Assembly (NCBI GenBank): GCA_945874145.1
Contig: CAMCFN010000015.1
Span: 1,183-65,182, forward strand
DNA length: 64,000 nucleotides
Direction of reading: 5' to 3'
From: Akkermansia muciniphila
GTDB taxonomy: Bacteria; Verrucomicrobiota; Verrucomicrobiia; Limisphaerales; SXTU01
Shown here: positions 26,310-36,316 of the stretch, piece by piece
How positions within the stretch are numbered: position 1 is the first letter of the stretch
Layout of the letters: each line of letters opens with the position of its first letter
Position numbers and translations under genes: made by a program
Notes under the pieces: model-generated
The model's database searches: none
Seen by the model: only the letters and a program-made list of their open reading frames with translations
Told to the model about the DNA's origin: nothing

Positions 26310-27437
26310 TTACTTCACCGCCGTGGCGAGCACCGCCAGCAAGCGCCCGACATCCTCCGCCGTGTTGTAGCCGGCCACTGCCACGCGGATGCGCCCCGCG
26401 TGGTGCATGACGTGGATGTTCTCGCGCTCCAAAGCCGTGTTGATGCCCGCTGTGTTCGGGTGTTGAAAGGCCAGTATTCCCGTGGGGTTCGTTGGCTGTG
26501 CCGGAGCCATCGGTTTCAAACCCAAGGCCTGCAACCCCGCATGAACCTGAGCCACCAGCGGGTCCGCATGGCGAGCGATGGCGCCAACGCCAACGCCCTC
26601 CACGTAGCGCAACGCGGCGTTCAGCGCGTAGATGGCGGCGAAGTTTGGCATTCCGACGGAGAAGCTCGCCGCGCCGGCCTTCGTCTCCGCGCGCTGGAAG
26701 CGATCGGCCTCGAAGGCATTGCGCAGGTGGAACCAGCCGCCTGCGTGCGTGGTGAGGCGCGCAGCCGCCCGTTCCGGAATGCCCACGATGCAGCCACCGT
26801 GGACGGCCAGGGTCCATTTATGCGTGCTGCTGATGACGCAGTCCGCATCCGTGCAGTCGAGCCCCACGCGACCCAGCGCCTGCGTTACGTCCACGGAGAT
26901 GAGCGCGTTCGGGGCCACTCGACGCACCGCGTCGCGGAACGGTGCCCAGGCGAGGCGGTGGCCGTTGTAGAAGCTCACGAGGGAGACTTGGACAAGCTGG
27001 GTGCGTTCGTTGAGCAAGGGCACGAGATCGTCCACTCGCAGTTCGCCGTTGGCGGCTTTCCACACGCGCGTCTGCGGCCGCGTCACGCTGGTAATCCAGG
27101 GCGTTGCGCCCGCCGGGAAGTCGAGGTCAGTGACGACTACTTCATCCGCTGGCTGGAGGTTCAGTGCGGTGGCGAGGAGGTTGTAAGCCTCCGAGCTGCA
27201 CGAGCAGAAGGAGACTTCTGCGGGCTTCAAGCTGATCATGCGCGCGGCGACTTCGCGACAGTCCTCAACCTGCTTGAAATGAAAATCACGGCCTTTCATG
27301 CCGCGTAGTTTGTCGTGCCAGTAGGTTTGCAGCGCCTCTCCCACACAGAGCGGGGGAATGCTCTCGGCGGCGGTGTTGAAGTAAGTCATCAAGTCCAGCG
27401 CGGGGAAATCGCGACGGCGGGTGTCGGGTGTCAGCAT
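26310..27437 (-). CDS. Class V aminotransferase (PLP-dependent)
   Basis: YFNTAA, VDVTQALG, SSTHKW (PLP lysine) and IRVAVAGYNT. Confidence 0.9.
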   Translation of the reverse strand: MLTPDTRRRDFPALDLMTYFNTAAESIPPLCVGEALQTYWHDKLRGMKGRDFHFKQVEDCREVAARMISLKPAEVSFCSCSSEAYNLLATALNLQPADEVVVTDLDFPAGATPWITSVTRPQTRVWKAANGELRVDDLVPLLNERTQLVQVSLVSFYNGHRLAWAPFRDAVRRVAPNALISVDVTQALGRVGLDCTDADCVISSTHKWTLAVHGGCIVGIPERAAARLTTHAGGWFHLRNAFEADRFQRAETKAGAASFSVGMPNFAAIYALNAALRYVEGVGVGAIARHADPLVAQVHAGLQALGLKPMAPAQPTNPTGILAFQHPNTAGINTALERENIHVMHHAGRIRVAVAGYNTAEDVGRLLAVLATAVK

Positions 27438-27559
27438 GGAAAGGATTTAGCGGTGAGCGGGCGCAAAGAACACAAAGAAATCCTTCCGCATCGCGGAGCG
27501 CCGGCCACCGACCGGCACGAGCTTGTCCGTTTTAAACGCCGGGGCGGAGACTTGCGGTC

Positions 27560-28789
27560 CTATGCGAGCGGCATCAGCGCCTGCGCTAGCCGCACGTAAG
27601 CCTCCGTTCCCGCCTCCAAATCAGCCAGTGCGATGAACTCATCCACCGTGTGCGCCTGCGCGATGTCGCCGGGGCCGAGAACGATGACGGGCACTCCGCG
27701 CGCGGCGAGCTTGCTGGCATCGCAGCCAAAGAAAACGATGTCTGCCTGCGACTGGTCGAGCACGGCGCAAGCGGTTTGCACCAGCGGATGTTCCGCCGGC
27801 AACTCAAAGCTGGGGTCCAGGATGCTCGGCTCGTTGAACTGCCATTGCACGTCCGGCAACTGCTGGCAGCGCTCACGGAGCAGGGTCTGAATTTCAGCGA
27901 GCGTCACCTGTCCGTCCTGTCCCGGCAGCAGGCGGATGTCCACTTGGATGGTGCAGCGTTCCGGCACGATGTTCACGCCGGTGCCGCCGTTGATGAGGCC
28001 GATGGAGCCCGTGCTCGTGCCGAAACCGGGGGCGGTGATCTGCACGAGTCGCGTGGCGAAGAAGTGCTCCAGTTCCAAAATCGCGTGCGCCATCGCGACA
28101 ACGGCGCTGCGACCTTCGTGCGGCTTGCTGCTGTGGGCGGCGCGGCCCACCGCGTGGATGGCAAAGCGGAGGCAACCTTTGCAGCCGCGCACGACGCGGA
28201 GGCGGGTGGGTTCGCCCACCACGGCTAAGTCGGGAAGCCGTGCCGGCGACTTGCAGTCGCCGTCTGGCGCGGGCGTCACATCTGGACGGCGATTGCAAAT
28301 CGCCGGCACGAGTTCGGCGCGCATCTGTTCCAGCATCGCCGTCACGCCGCGAAAGCGAAATTCCTCGTCCACCATGCAGGCGACGGTGAGCGTGCCGCGC
28401 CAAGTGGACGGCGTGGTCTTCAAGCTCAGCGCGGTGGCGAGCATGCACGCCAGCGGACCTTTCATGTCGCTGGCTCCCCGGCCCCAAAGACGTCCGTCGC
28501 GCACCTCGCCGCCAAAGGGTGCGATGGTCATGCCGCCGATGCCGACAGTGTCCGTGTGGCCGTTGAGCATGAAGTGCGGGTGGTCCGCGCCGTTGCGGAT
28601 CTGGAGGAGAACATTCTCGCGGCCCGGCAGGACGGGCTGCCGACAGACGGTGAAGCCGTTGGCGCGGCCCCAGTTTTCAATCCACGCCGTGACCGCGCCT
28701 TCGCCCGCGCTGGCCGGGTCATAGTCCGGGTTCACGCTGGGGATGCGCACCAGCGCTTGGGCGATGTCGAGGGCTGTCACGGGTGACAT
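27560..28789 (-). CDS. M20 ArgE/DapE-family deacylase with an in-frame palindromic insertion
   Basis: NGHTDTV, GRGASDMKG, DEE, GEPT and AHTVDE. Confidence 0.92.
   Translation of the reverse strand: MSPVTALDIAQALVRIPSVNPDYDPASAGEGAVTAWIENWGRANGFTVCRQPVLPGRENVLLQIRNGADHPHFMLNGHTDTVGIGGMTIAPFGGEVRDGRLWGRGASDMKGPLACMLATALSLKTTPSTWRGTLTVACMVDEEFRFRGVTAMLEQMRAELVPAICNRRPDVTPAPDGDCKSPARLPDLAVVGEPTRLRVVRGCKGCLRFAIHAVGRAAHSSKPHEGRSAVVAMAHAILELEHFFATRLVQITAPGFGTSTGSIGLINGGTGVNIVPERCTIQVDIRLLPGQDGQVTLAEIQTLLRERCQQLPDVQWQFNEPSILDPSFELPAEHPLVQTACAVLDQSQADIVFFGCDASKLAARGVPVIVLGPGDIAQAHTVDEFIALADLEAGTEAYVRLAQALMPLA
28239..28310. repeat. 72-bp REP-like inverted doublet inside the M20 CDS
   Basis: Arms cgtgccggcgacttgcagtcgccgtc (28239-28264) and gacggcgattgcaaatcgccggcacg (28285-28310) are inverted copies, identical at 24 of 26 positions. 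Confidence 0.9.
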
Positions 28790-28805
28790 GCGCAACAGGT
28801 TCAAC

Positions 28806-29303
28806 TTAACCGAGGAAGCTGACCAGAAAATCTCCCACGGCAGCACCCGCTTCGCTGCCTGCCTCCAATGCCACTGCGGGTGCGGCGTCGCTCAACCCAT
28901 CTGCCAAATCACCACCAGCACCTGCGGAGACGGCTGCCGTAGTGCCCGCCAGTGGCCCCTGCGCTCTAGGACGGGCTTTTTGCGCAGTCAGGATTTTCGC
29001 CACTTCGGACTTCGCCAGCCAAATGCCGCCGCAGTCGCGGCAACGGCTGCCTTCAAGGTCCCCTTGCATCCGGGTCTGCAACTGTAGGCCGGTGCAGACC
29101 GGGCAGGTGAGGCGTCGAGATATGAAACTGGTCGCGCTTGAAGGGACCGGAGGCGCAGCGGTAGGAGGTTGCGGGGACTTGCTCGCCAGCGCCTCAAGCG
29201 CGGTGCGGGAAAACCACAGGCCATGACACAAGACGCAGCTCCGAGCTTCCACGCCATCCCGCTGGTGCGGGATTAGCGGCGTGCGGTCCTGTGGACAGAT
29301 CAT
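28806..29303 (-). CDS. zf-TFIIB-like double zinc-ribbon protein
   Basis: CPQD...CVLCHGLWF and CPVC...CRDCGGIWL. Confidence 0.8.
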   Translation of the reverse strand: MICPQDRTPLIPHQRDGVEARSCVLCHGLWFSRTALEALASKSPQPPTAAPPVPSSATSFISRRLTCPVCTGLQLQTRMQGDLEGSRCRDCGGIWLAKSEVAKILTAQKARPRAQGPLAGTTAAVSAGAGGDLADGLSDAAPAVALEAGSEAGAAVGDFLVSFLG

Positions 29304-29312
29304 GGCGAGGGA

Positions 29313-30848
29313 CTAACTGCCTGCGTCCGGAGGCAGGTCTTTCTCCATCGCCTTCTTCAGCGCGGGCACTTGCTGCAACAACTTCTCGAACTTGATGCCG
29401 GTGAGGCTTTCCAACAGTGGCGGGAGCTGGGCCATGATCTGCGTGACGTCGCCGGTGAGCTTGCTCGCGCCGCCGCCGGGACCGCTGCCGGAGTTGATGA
29501 TGACCATCTTTTCCATCTTGGACAGCGGTTCGCTGATGCGACCGGCGATGTCGGGGAGCACCTTGACGAGCAGTTCGATGACGGCGGCCTCGTTGTATTG
29601 CTGGAAGGCCTCGGCCTTGAGGCGGGTGGCCTCGGCGTTCGCCTTGCCTTGTGCCATGATGATGTCGGCCTGGGCAAGGCCTTTGGCCTTGTTGGCCTCG
29701 GCTTCCGCGATGCCGGTAGCTTTGTTGACGTCGGCGTTGGCAAAGCCAGTCGCCTTCGTCGCGGACGCGGCACCGGCGGCTTCGGTCTCGAGCTGGAACT
29801 TCCGCGCGTTGGCGAGAGTCTCGACCTTGTAGCGCTCGGCGTCGGCGGGCTTTTGCACGGTGGCCTCGAGTTCGCGCTGCTTGCGGAGGATTTCCTGCTG
29901 CTGCAACTCGATCTGCTTCTGCTTGGCAATGATTTCGACCTGCACTTCTTCGGCCTTCACGAGCTGGCCGGTTTTGTATTTCTGAAGGTCGTAGGCGAGG
30001 TCGGACTCGGCTTTCTTCTGGTTCACGGTGGCCTGATAGCTGGCGACGTTGCTTTGGTAGTCGCGCTGCGCCTCGGCGATTTTCGAGTCGGCGGCGAACT
30101 TCGCTTCCTGTCCGGCCTGAGTGGCCTGGGAGGACTTGATCATTGCGTCGCGGTCGGCCTCGGCCTGGGCGATCTGGGCGTCGCGCTTGACCTGGGCGAT
30201 GCGCGGCTTGCCCAACGCGTCGAGGTAGCCCTGCGTGTCGCGGATGTCGCGGATGGTGAAGCTCACGATGCCCAGGCCCATGTTGGCCATGTCGCCGGCG
30301 GCGACTTCCTGCACGCGCGAGGCAAAGGCGTCGCGGTTCTGGTAAATCTCCTCCACCGTCATCGTGCCCAAGATGGCGCGGAGGTGGCCTTCCATCGTCT
30401 GCGTGGCGACGTTCTTGATCTCGTCGGTGGTCTTGCTGAGGAACTGCTCGGCGGCGGTGGCGATGGAAACGTCGTCGCCCTTGATCTTGATTTGCGCGAC
30501 GCCATCCACCTTCACCGGCACGCCCTTGCTGGTGTAAACCTCCGGCGTCATCACATCAATGGTGAGGAGTTCAAGCGAGAGGATGTCCACCTTCTCGAAG
30601 ACCGGCCAGACGAAGACGCCGCCGCCCTTGACGATGCGGAAGCCGACGTCGCGGGTCTTGCCGTCGGGGTCCACGACATGGCGCTTGCGACCGGAGATCA
30701 CGAGCACTTCGTTCGGGCCGACCTTGGTGTAGCGGCTGGCGAAGATGGCGAAGATGATCACCACGGCGACCAGCAGCGCGAGCATCGCCGCCACGCCGAG
30801 GGCGGCACCCGGGGAGGAAACTTGGGCGAGCAGGAGAGTCATAGTCAT
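29313..30848 (-). CDS. Flotillin (SPFH domain) protein
   Basis: N-terminal TM helix, GGGVFVWPV, EGHLRAILGTMTVEEI and an AEA-rich coiled coil. Confidence 0.93.
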   Translation of the reverse strand: MTMTLLLAQVSSPGAALGVAAMLALLVAVVIIFAIFASRYTKVGPNEVLVISGRKRHVVDPDGKTRDVGFRIVKGGGVFVWPVFEKVDILSLELLTIDVMTPEVYTSKGVPVKVDGVAQIKIKGDDVSIATAAEQFLSKTTDEIKNVATQTMEGHLRAILGTMTVEEIYQNRDAFASRVQEVAAGDMANMGLGIVSFTIRDIRDTQGYLDALGKPRIAQVKRDAQIAQAEADRDAMIKSSQATQAGQEAKFAADSKIAEAQRDYQSNVASYQATVNQKKAESDLAYDLQKYKTGQLVKAEEVQVEIIAKQKQIELQQQEILRKQRELEATVQKPADAERYKVETLANARKFQLETEAAGAASATKATGFANADVNKATGIAEAEANKAKGLAQADIIMAQGKANAEATRLKAEAFQQYNEAAVIELLVKVLPDIAGRISEPLSKMEKMVIINSGSGPGGGASKLTGDVTQIMAQLPPLLESLTGIKFEKLLQQVPALKKAMEKDLPPDAGS

Positions 30849-30871
30849 AGGCTGAGTTGAGAAGCTGAGGG

Positions 30872-31435
30872 TTAAGCGGGCTTGACGAAAAACTGCGAAC
30901 CGACGATGCGGGTGACAATGACGGCCGCTCCGGTGGCGATGGGCTTGCCATCTTCCGTCCGGGCCGGCGCGGTGTAACGCGTGCCGCCTTGAACATAGAC
31001 AATTTCCCCGACGCCGTTCTCCGGGATGCCGGTGCCGAGCGTGGCGGTGGTGCCGACGACGCTGGCGACTTGGGACTCGCTGGAGCTTTGCGTCTTGCGG
31101 AACACCAACCGCAAGGCCGAGACGATCACACTGGCAAAGGCGAACGCTCCCACTGCGGCGAGGGGGGCGCTGAGAAGGGGGGACTTGGTGGCCGGCACCA
31201 GACTTAGGAGGTAGCCGAACGCGCCGAAACCCGTCATGAACGCCGCGATGATCATCGGGCTGAAGGCTGACACACCGCTGCCATCGGTGCCGTCGGCGCC
31301 CGCTTCGGCGTGGCCACCGCTGCCAACATCATGATGCCCGGCACCTTCGAAGAAATGCCCCATCAGCGCCAAGATGACGAGGAAGAGGAAACCGGCCCCG
31401 AGGCACAGCAGATAGATTAAGGCGTCCAAGCTCAT
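30872..31435 (-). CDS. NfeD-like membrane protein
   Basis: TM helices plus a C-terminal OB fold (IPENGVGEIVY...ARTEDGKPIATG); directly upstream of flotillin. Confidence 0.85.
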   Translation of the reverse strand: MSLDALIYLLCLGAGFLFLVILALMGHFFEGAGHHDVGSGGHAEAGADGTDGSGVSAFSPMIIAAFMTGFGAFGYLLSLVPATKSPLLSAPLAAVGAFAFASVIVSALRLVFRKTQSSSESQVASVVGTTATLGTGIPENGVGEIVYVQGGTRYTAPARTEDGKPIATGAAVIVTRIVGSQFFVKPA

Positions 31436-31698
31436 GGGAACCTTGCGGTTTGTGAATGCAGGGCGAGTAAAGTAGCTGGCGCGGGCGGGCGCAAGTTGGA
31501 AAGGGTGCGGCGCATGATTTCTTGCAGGCGGAGCGTGCCCTCCAGGGCCAGCAACTTCAGCTACAAGTTTCCCATGGGTTTGTAGGGTGCGGCAGGGAAG
31601 GGGAGTGGAAGCAGGATCAGGCGCACGAATTGACGCGGTCTTCCTGCGCCGCCCTTCTGCGCTTCACCCCGTTCGTGCTCCGTGCTAGAACCGCCGCC

Positions 31699-32220
31699 AT
31701 GCAATCTCACGAGCTGCTCCGCGAGGTCATCAAGGATTCCAGCGCCAAGCAAGTCGCCGCTGATCTCAACCTGTCTCTTTCGATGATTTACAAGTGGGCC
31801 GAGCCGCCGGAGAACATCGCCGGCAGCGGCCTTGCGAACCCGCTGGACCGCATGGAGCAGCTCATCAAAAGCACCAACGACCCGCGCCTGCCGCAGTGGA
31901 TTTGCGAGCGGGCGGGCGGCTTCTTCATCCACAATCCCAAGGCGCACTCGCCGCATCCCTTCCAAGTCATCCCGGCCACCAACCAGATCGTGCAAGAGTT
32001 TGCGGACATGCTCGGTGTCATCGCCGCCGCCGCCGGAGACAGCCACATCACGAAGGCCGAGGCGAAGGACATCCGCCGTCGCTGGGAGGACTTGAAGCGC
32101 GTGACCGAGGGCTTTGTGCATTGTTGCGAAAGCGGCAACTTCGCCCCGGTGAAGCAGCCCGCCGCGGCTGGGCCGCCGGAACGTGCCACCCCCTCCGCTG
32201 CGCCGACCGCACGGGCCTAG
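31699..32220 (+). CDS. Putative DNA-binding protein (phage CII-like regulator)
   Basis: HTH-like AKQVAADLNLSLSMIYKWAE, NPLDR and a C-terminal D..IT..EA..IR motif. Confidence 0.6.
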   Translation: MQSHELLREVIKDSSAKQVAADLNLSLSMIYKWAEPPENIAGSGLANPLDRMEQLIKSTNDPRLPQWICERAGGFFIHNPKAHSPHPFQVIPATNQIVQEFADMLGVIAAAAGDSHITKAEAKDIRRRWEDLKRVTEGFVHCCESGNFAPVKQPAAAGPPERATPSAAPTARA

Positions 32221-32371
32221 CCCGAGCCATGCATCCATGGCACCGGCTGTGAGCCGGGCCGACAGCGGTCCAGCGGGCAGGCGCCTCCAAACCGCGCGTA
32301 GGCGGTCGTTGCGCGGTCTGGCCGAGTGCGCAATCCCTGCCTAGGACCGCACAAGGAATGCGCAGCCAGAA

Positions 32372-32902
32372 ATGAAAGAGTCACTAGCTTTGGCGGCGTT
32401 AGTGGAAGAAGAAAGGCAACTTATGAAACGCTACCACGTGTTGCTGGGGACGGAGGATGCCACCTTGGAAACGACCGTGAAGGTGCTGGCCGCCAACGCC
32501 GGCTGCGAGCTGGAGTGCGCCAGAACCCGCCGCGATGCCCTCTGCTTGGTGGTGCAGGACGCTGCCAATCACGCACCGAAGTGCGAACTGGTGGTGGTGG
32601 ACCTGGACTGGCGTGAAGGCGGGCACACCCTGCTGACCGACGTTCGGGGCGTGCTGCCAGTGATTGCCATCAGCAGCAAGCCCAAGCACTGGCTGTCCTC
32701 CATGCTCCGCCGTCACCGCATCGGCGCCATGCTGGCCAAGCCGGTGTCACCGGAAGCGCTACGGGAGGCGTTCCTGCGGGTCGGAAACATTCCGTGCGAT
32801 CCGGAGACGCGCGGTGGCTGGTGGCGGCTGGCACCCGTGCTACAGCACTGGGGCGAGAACCTGCTCCAGGCCGTTTCGGGTGCCCGCCAGCGGGGGGTGT
32901 GA
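32372..32902 (+). CDS. Stand-alone atypical receiver-domain protein
   Basis: ELVVVDLD, PVIAISS and LAKPVS. The start may be 32423. Confidence 0.6.
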   Translation: MKESLALAALVEEERQLMKRYHVLLGTEDATLETTVKVLAANAGCELECARTRRDALCLVVQDAANHAPKCELVVVDLDWREGGHTLLTDVRGVLPVIAISSKPKHWLSSMLRRHRIGAMLAKPVSPEALREAFLRVGNIPCDPETRGGWWRLAPVLQHWGENLLQAVSGARQRGV

Positions 32903-32948
32903 CGCGAGCTGCCTTGGCTCCACCCCACTGCCCACGGGCGGAACCCTC

Positions 32949-33650
32949 ATGAAGCACCCCACCCCAGCTTCACCCGCCCGACGCGGCTCCGCGCGGACCG
33001 CAACACTGCTCTTGGGCATACTCGTCGGACTCAACCAGCCTCACCCGGCTCGTGCCGCCGAAGAATTCCAGAACTGGCATGGCTTCAACTGGCGTATCCA
33101 TCAAACCACCAACTTCGATGCCTCGGCCTACGGCGAAGTGCGCTACCGGGACGATTTCTCCCAGCTCTTCCAATCGCTCCTCAGCCCAAGGCTCACCTGG
33201 AAGGTTCTGCCGAATCTGGACCTGGGACTGAACTACACCTGGTTTGCGAACCGGACGAAGACCGGGGAGTTCGCCGACACGCACCGGCTGGAGGCCGAGA
33301 TCAATCCGCATGTCAAAATCGCGGACTGGCTGGAATTCCACAACCGCAACCGGCTGGAGACCTATTGGGCGGATGGCGTGAACGGGGAGCGCTGCCGTTC
33401 CCGCAACCGGCTGCAGTTCACGGTTCCGCTGAAAGGCTTCGCGCCGCTGGAGTCCATCTATTGCAACAACGAGTTCTGGTATGAGTTTTACCGCAGCGAT
33501 TACACGGTGAACCGCGCGGTTCCCGTGGGCCTGAACTTCCACGTCACCGGGCATACCCACGTGGCCGTGTTCTTCATGATCCAGTCCTCCAAACAGCTCA
33601 CTGGCCACTGGGATCAGGCCCACATTTTGGGCACCACCCTTTCCTTCTGA
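32949..33650 (+). CDS. DUF2490-like outer-membrane beta-barrel protein
   Basis: Signal peptide, amphipathic strands, THRLE, RNRLE, RSRNRLQ, NNEFWY and a terminal F. Confidence 0.75.
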   Translation: MKHPTPASPARRGSARTATLLLGILVGLNQPHPARAAEEFQNWHGFNWRIHQTTNFDASAYGEVRYRDDFSQLFQSLLSPRLTWKVLPNLDLGLNYTWFANRTKTGEFADTHRLEAEINPHVKIADWLEFHNRNRLETYWADGVNGERCRSRNRLQFTVPLKGFAPLESIYCNNEFWYEFYRSDYTVNRAVPVGLNFHVTGHTHVAVFFMIQSSKQLTGHWDQAHILGTTLSF

Positions 33651-33808
33651 TCACCCGGCGTTGGCCTGCCTCAGGACAGTATCGGGTTAGAATCGGCAAA
33701 TGGATGGCCGGGAAATTGGCTTGGCTACGGACCTCGAAACCGCGAAATTCCACTTCGCAAGGCAGGATTCCAGCCCCACGCTTCTCACTGCGGAATCCCC
33801 CTGTATAG

Positions 33809-35485
33809 ATGACCTCGCTCCTCGAAATCGCCCGCTTGAATCCCGTCGCCCACGCGGTGCTCGTGCTGGCGTGCGTGGTGGCGCTTGGGCTGGCCCTGGG
33901 CAGCGTGAAGATCAAGGGGGTGGGCCTGGGCGCGGCGGGTGTGCTCTTCGTCGGCATTCTGTGCGGGCACCTCAAGTTCACCCTCGCCCCGGACCTGCTG
34001 GCCTTCGTCCGAGATTTCGGGCTGGTGCTCTTCGTATACACCATCGGCCTCCAGGTGGGGCCGGGCTTCGTCACCTCGCTCCGCAAGCAAGGCCTGCCGC
34101 TTAACCTTATGGCCGTTGCCATCGTGCTCCTCGGCGCTGGCGTAACCCTTCTGATGGCGTGGCTGTTGCACATCGACCTCGCCGCCGCCGTGGGCATCTT
34201 CACTGGTGCGACCACCAACACCCCTGCGCTCGGGGCCGCGCAGGAGGCGCTAAAGAGCCTCCCTAACATTCCGCAGGACCGCCTCGGCCTCCCGGCGCTT
34301 GGCTACGCCGTCGCCTACCCGTTCGGCATCCTCGGCATCATCCTCGCGATGCTGGCCATCCGCTGGGGACTGCGTCTGGACGTGGCGGCGGAAGCCGAGG
34401 CATTCCATCGCGAACAACGGAGTGATCACCAGCCCGTGGAGCGGATGAACATCCTCATCTGCAACCCCAACTTCAATGGCCTGAAACTCCATCAGCTCCC
34501 CGCGAAGGACAAACTCGACGTCGTCATCTCCCGCGTGAAGCACCTCGGCGAGACGGACGTGATCCCCGCTGGCAGCGGGACTTTCCTGCACGTCGGCGAC
34601 GTTGTCCTGGCCGTGGGCACGCGGACCAGCCTCGACGAGTTCTGCCTCATTGCCGGGAAGCCCTGCGCCGAGGATCTCATGCACGCGCCCGGCCATGTCG
34701 CCTTCCGGCGCGTGGTGGTCACCCAGAAGGAGATGCTGGGCCAGTCATTACGCGAACTGCAATTGAACCAGCGCTTCGGCGTCACCCTCACGCGCGTGAC
34801 GCGCGCCGATGTGGAACTCAGCGCCCGCGCCGACCTACGGCTTCAGTTCGGCGACATGGTGCAGATGGTCGGCGAGGAAGCGGACATCGCGCGGGCCGCC
34901 GAGTTTTTCGGCAACTCCGTCAAGGAACTCAACCACACGAACCTCATTCCCGTCTTCGTGGGCATCATTCTTGGCGTGCTTCTGGGCATGTATGCCTTCC
35001 AGCTTGGGACCATGCCCACGCCCGTTCGCCTCGGCCTCGCGGGCGGACCGCTCATTGTCGCCATCATCCTGAGCCGCATCGGTCGCATTGGTTCACTCCT
35101 TTGGTATATGCCGGCCAATGCCAACGCCCTGCTGCGGGAACTTGGCATTGCCCTCTTTCTCGCCTGCGCGGGCCTCAAGGCGGGTGAGCATTTTTTCCAT
35201 ATCCTGCGCGAGGGCGACGGACTCAAGTGGATGCTCTGTGGCGCGGCCATCACGCTCGTGCCGCTGTTGATCGTCGGCCTAGGCGCGCGCCTGCTGGGTA
35301 AGCTCAACTACCTGAACCTCTGCGGCCTCCTCTCCGGCAGCATGACCGATCCTCCGGCGCTCGCTTTTGCCAACACTGTCACCGGCAGCGATGCCCCGTC
35401 GGTCGCCTACGCCACCGTGTATCCGCTGACAATGCTCCTGCGTATCGTGGTGGCCCAACTGCTGGTGATCTTCTTCTGTCGGTGA
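33809..35485 (+). CDS. YidE/YbjL (AspT family) transporter with two TrkA-C domains
   Basis: GLVLFVYTIGLQVGPGF, GATTNTPALG, GSMTDPPALAFA and YATVYPL. Confidence 0.92.
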   Translation: MTSLLEIARLNPVAHAVLVLACVVALGLALGSVKIKGVGLGAAGVLFVGILCGHLKFTLAPDLLAFVRDFGLVLFVYTIGLQVGPGFVTSLRKQGLPLNLMAVAIVLLGAGVTLLMAWLLHIDLAAAVGIFTGATTNTPALGAAQEALKSLPNIPQDRLGLPALGYAVAYPFGILGIILAMLAIRWGLRLDVAAEAEAFHREQRSDHQPVERMNILICNPNFNGLKLHQLPAKDKLDVVISRVKHLGETDVIPAGSGTFLHVGDVVLAVGTRTSLDEFCLIAGKPCAEDLMHAPGHVAFRRVVVTQKEMLGQSLRELQLNQRFGVTLTRVTRADVELSARADLRLQFGDMVQMVGEEADIARAAEFFGNSVKELNHTNLIPVFVGIILGVLLGMYAFQLGTMPTPVRLGLAGGPLIVAIILSRIGRIGSLLWYMPANANALLRELGIALFLACAGLKAGEHFFHILREGDGLKWMLCGAAITLVPLLIVGLGARLLGKLNYLNLCGLLSGSMTDPPALAFANTVTGSDAPSVAYATVYPLTMLLRIVVAQLLVIFFCR

Positions 35486-35599
35486 AGCGGCGTTTCCCTG
35501 TGGCGGCGTGTCTGTGACTGCCGCTCCAGCGAGACGGAGTGTTTTTGAAGGGGCGGTTAACACGGCCGGAATGCCGCGCTCCATCGGCACGGTTCCGAT

Positions 35600-36235
35600 T
35601 CAGGGCAGGGTGCTGGCGTTGGCCGGCGTCACCACTTCATAGCTTGCGCTGAACCATTCCCGGGCCGAACCGGGCTTTTTGTCACTCGCGGCAGGGCGGA
35701 GGCGCGGGACGAGGGCCGCCTGCACCACGCCATCCGTCAGCAAGGACTTGAGGTTGGGATTTGCGTTGCCCAACACGATGAACTTTTTGCCCTTCAGCGT
35801 GGCCAATGTTTCCTTGGGAAGCTCCGGGAAGTCGGCGAGCGAGACGAAGCCGCTGGCGTCGGCGTGCCGCTGGACCAGTTGCTGAAATTCGCCGGGGTCC
35901 ATGCCGCCAGCGCCCATGGTGCCGGGGCGTTCCACCTCGATGCTCTCCGTGGCGGAGAGGCTCAGGTCTTTGTGGCGCGCGAGGGTTTTTCCGAAGGCGG
36001 CCTGTTGCACGTCCACCGCCGGATTTTTAAAATTGCCTCGCTTGGGCAGGATCAGGACCACCTTGCCCTTGTTGCCGAGGGCTGCTGCGGTGGCTTCGGC
36101 GGCCGCGATGCCAATGCCCTCGGGCAGCAGGGTCGCTTCCGGTGAGCGAGCGGGGAATTGAGTGCGGTAAACCAGCCCCAGCCCAATGGCCAAGGCGATG
36201 ACAGTCAGGGCGGTGATGACGTGGGATTTGCGCAT
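35600..36235 (-). CDS. Membrane-anchored hypothetical protein, weakly similar to a periplasmic-binding-protein lobe
   Basis: N-terminal TM helix and alpha/beta pattern; downstream of the prepilin gene on the same strand. Confidence 0.6.
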   Translation of the reverse strand: MRKSHVITALTVIALAIGLGLVYRTQFPARSPEATLLPEGIGIAAAEATAAALGNKGKVVLILPKRGNFKNPAVDVQQAAFGKTLARHKDLSLSATESIEVERPGTMGAGGMDPGEFQQLVQRHADASGFVSLADFPELPKETLATLKGKKFIVLGNANPNLKSLLTDGVVQAALVPRLRPAASDKKPGSAREWFSASYEVVTPANASTLP

Positions 36236-36316
36236 GGGAGTGGGGAGTGAACGAGGCGGGATCGAGTCCTCGGCGGTCAGGTCAGGCCCGAGAAATGATC
36301 GTGAAGGCGGAGTGGT

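Noticed and set aside
31699-32220. Prophage indicated by the CII-like gene
   Set aside because: No structural, replication or lysis genes lie around it.
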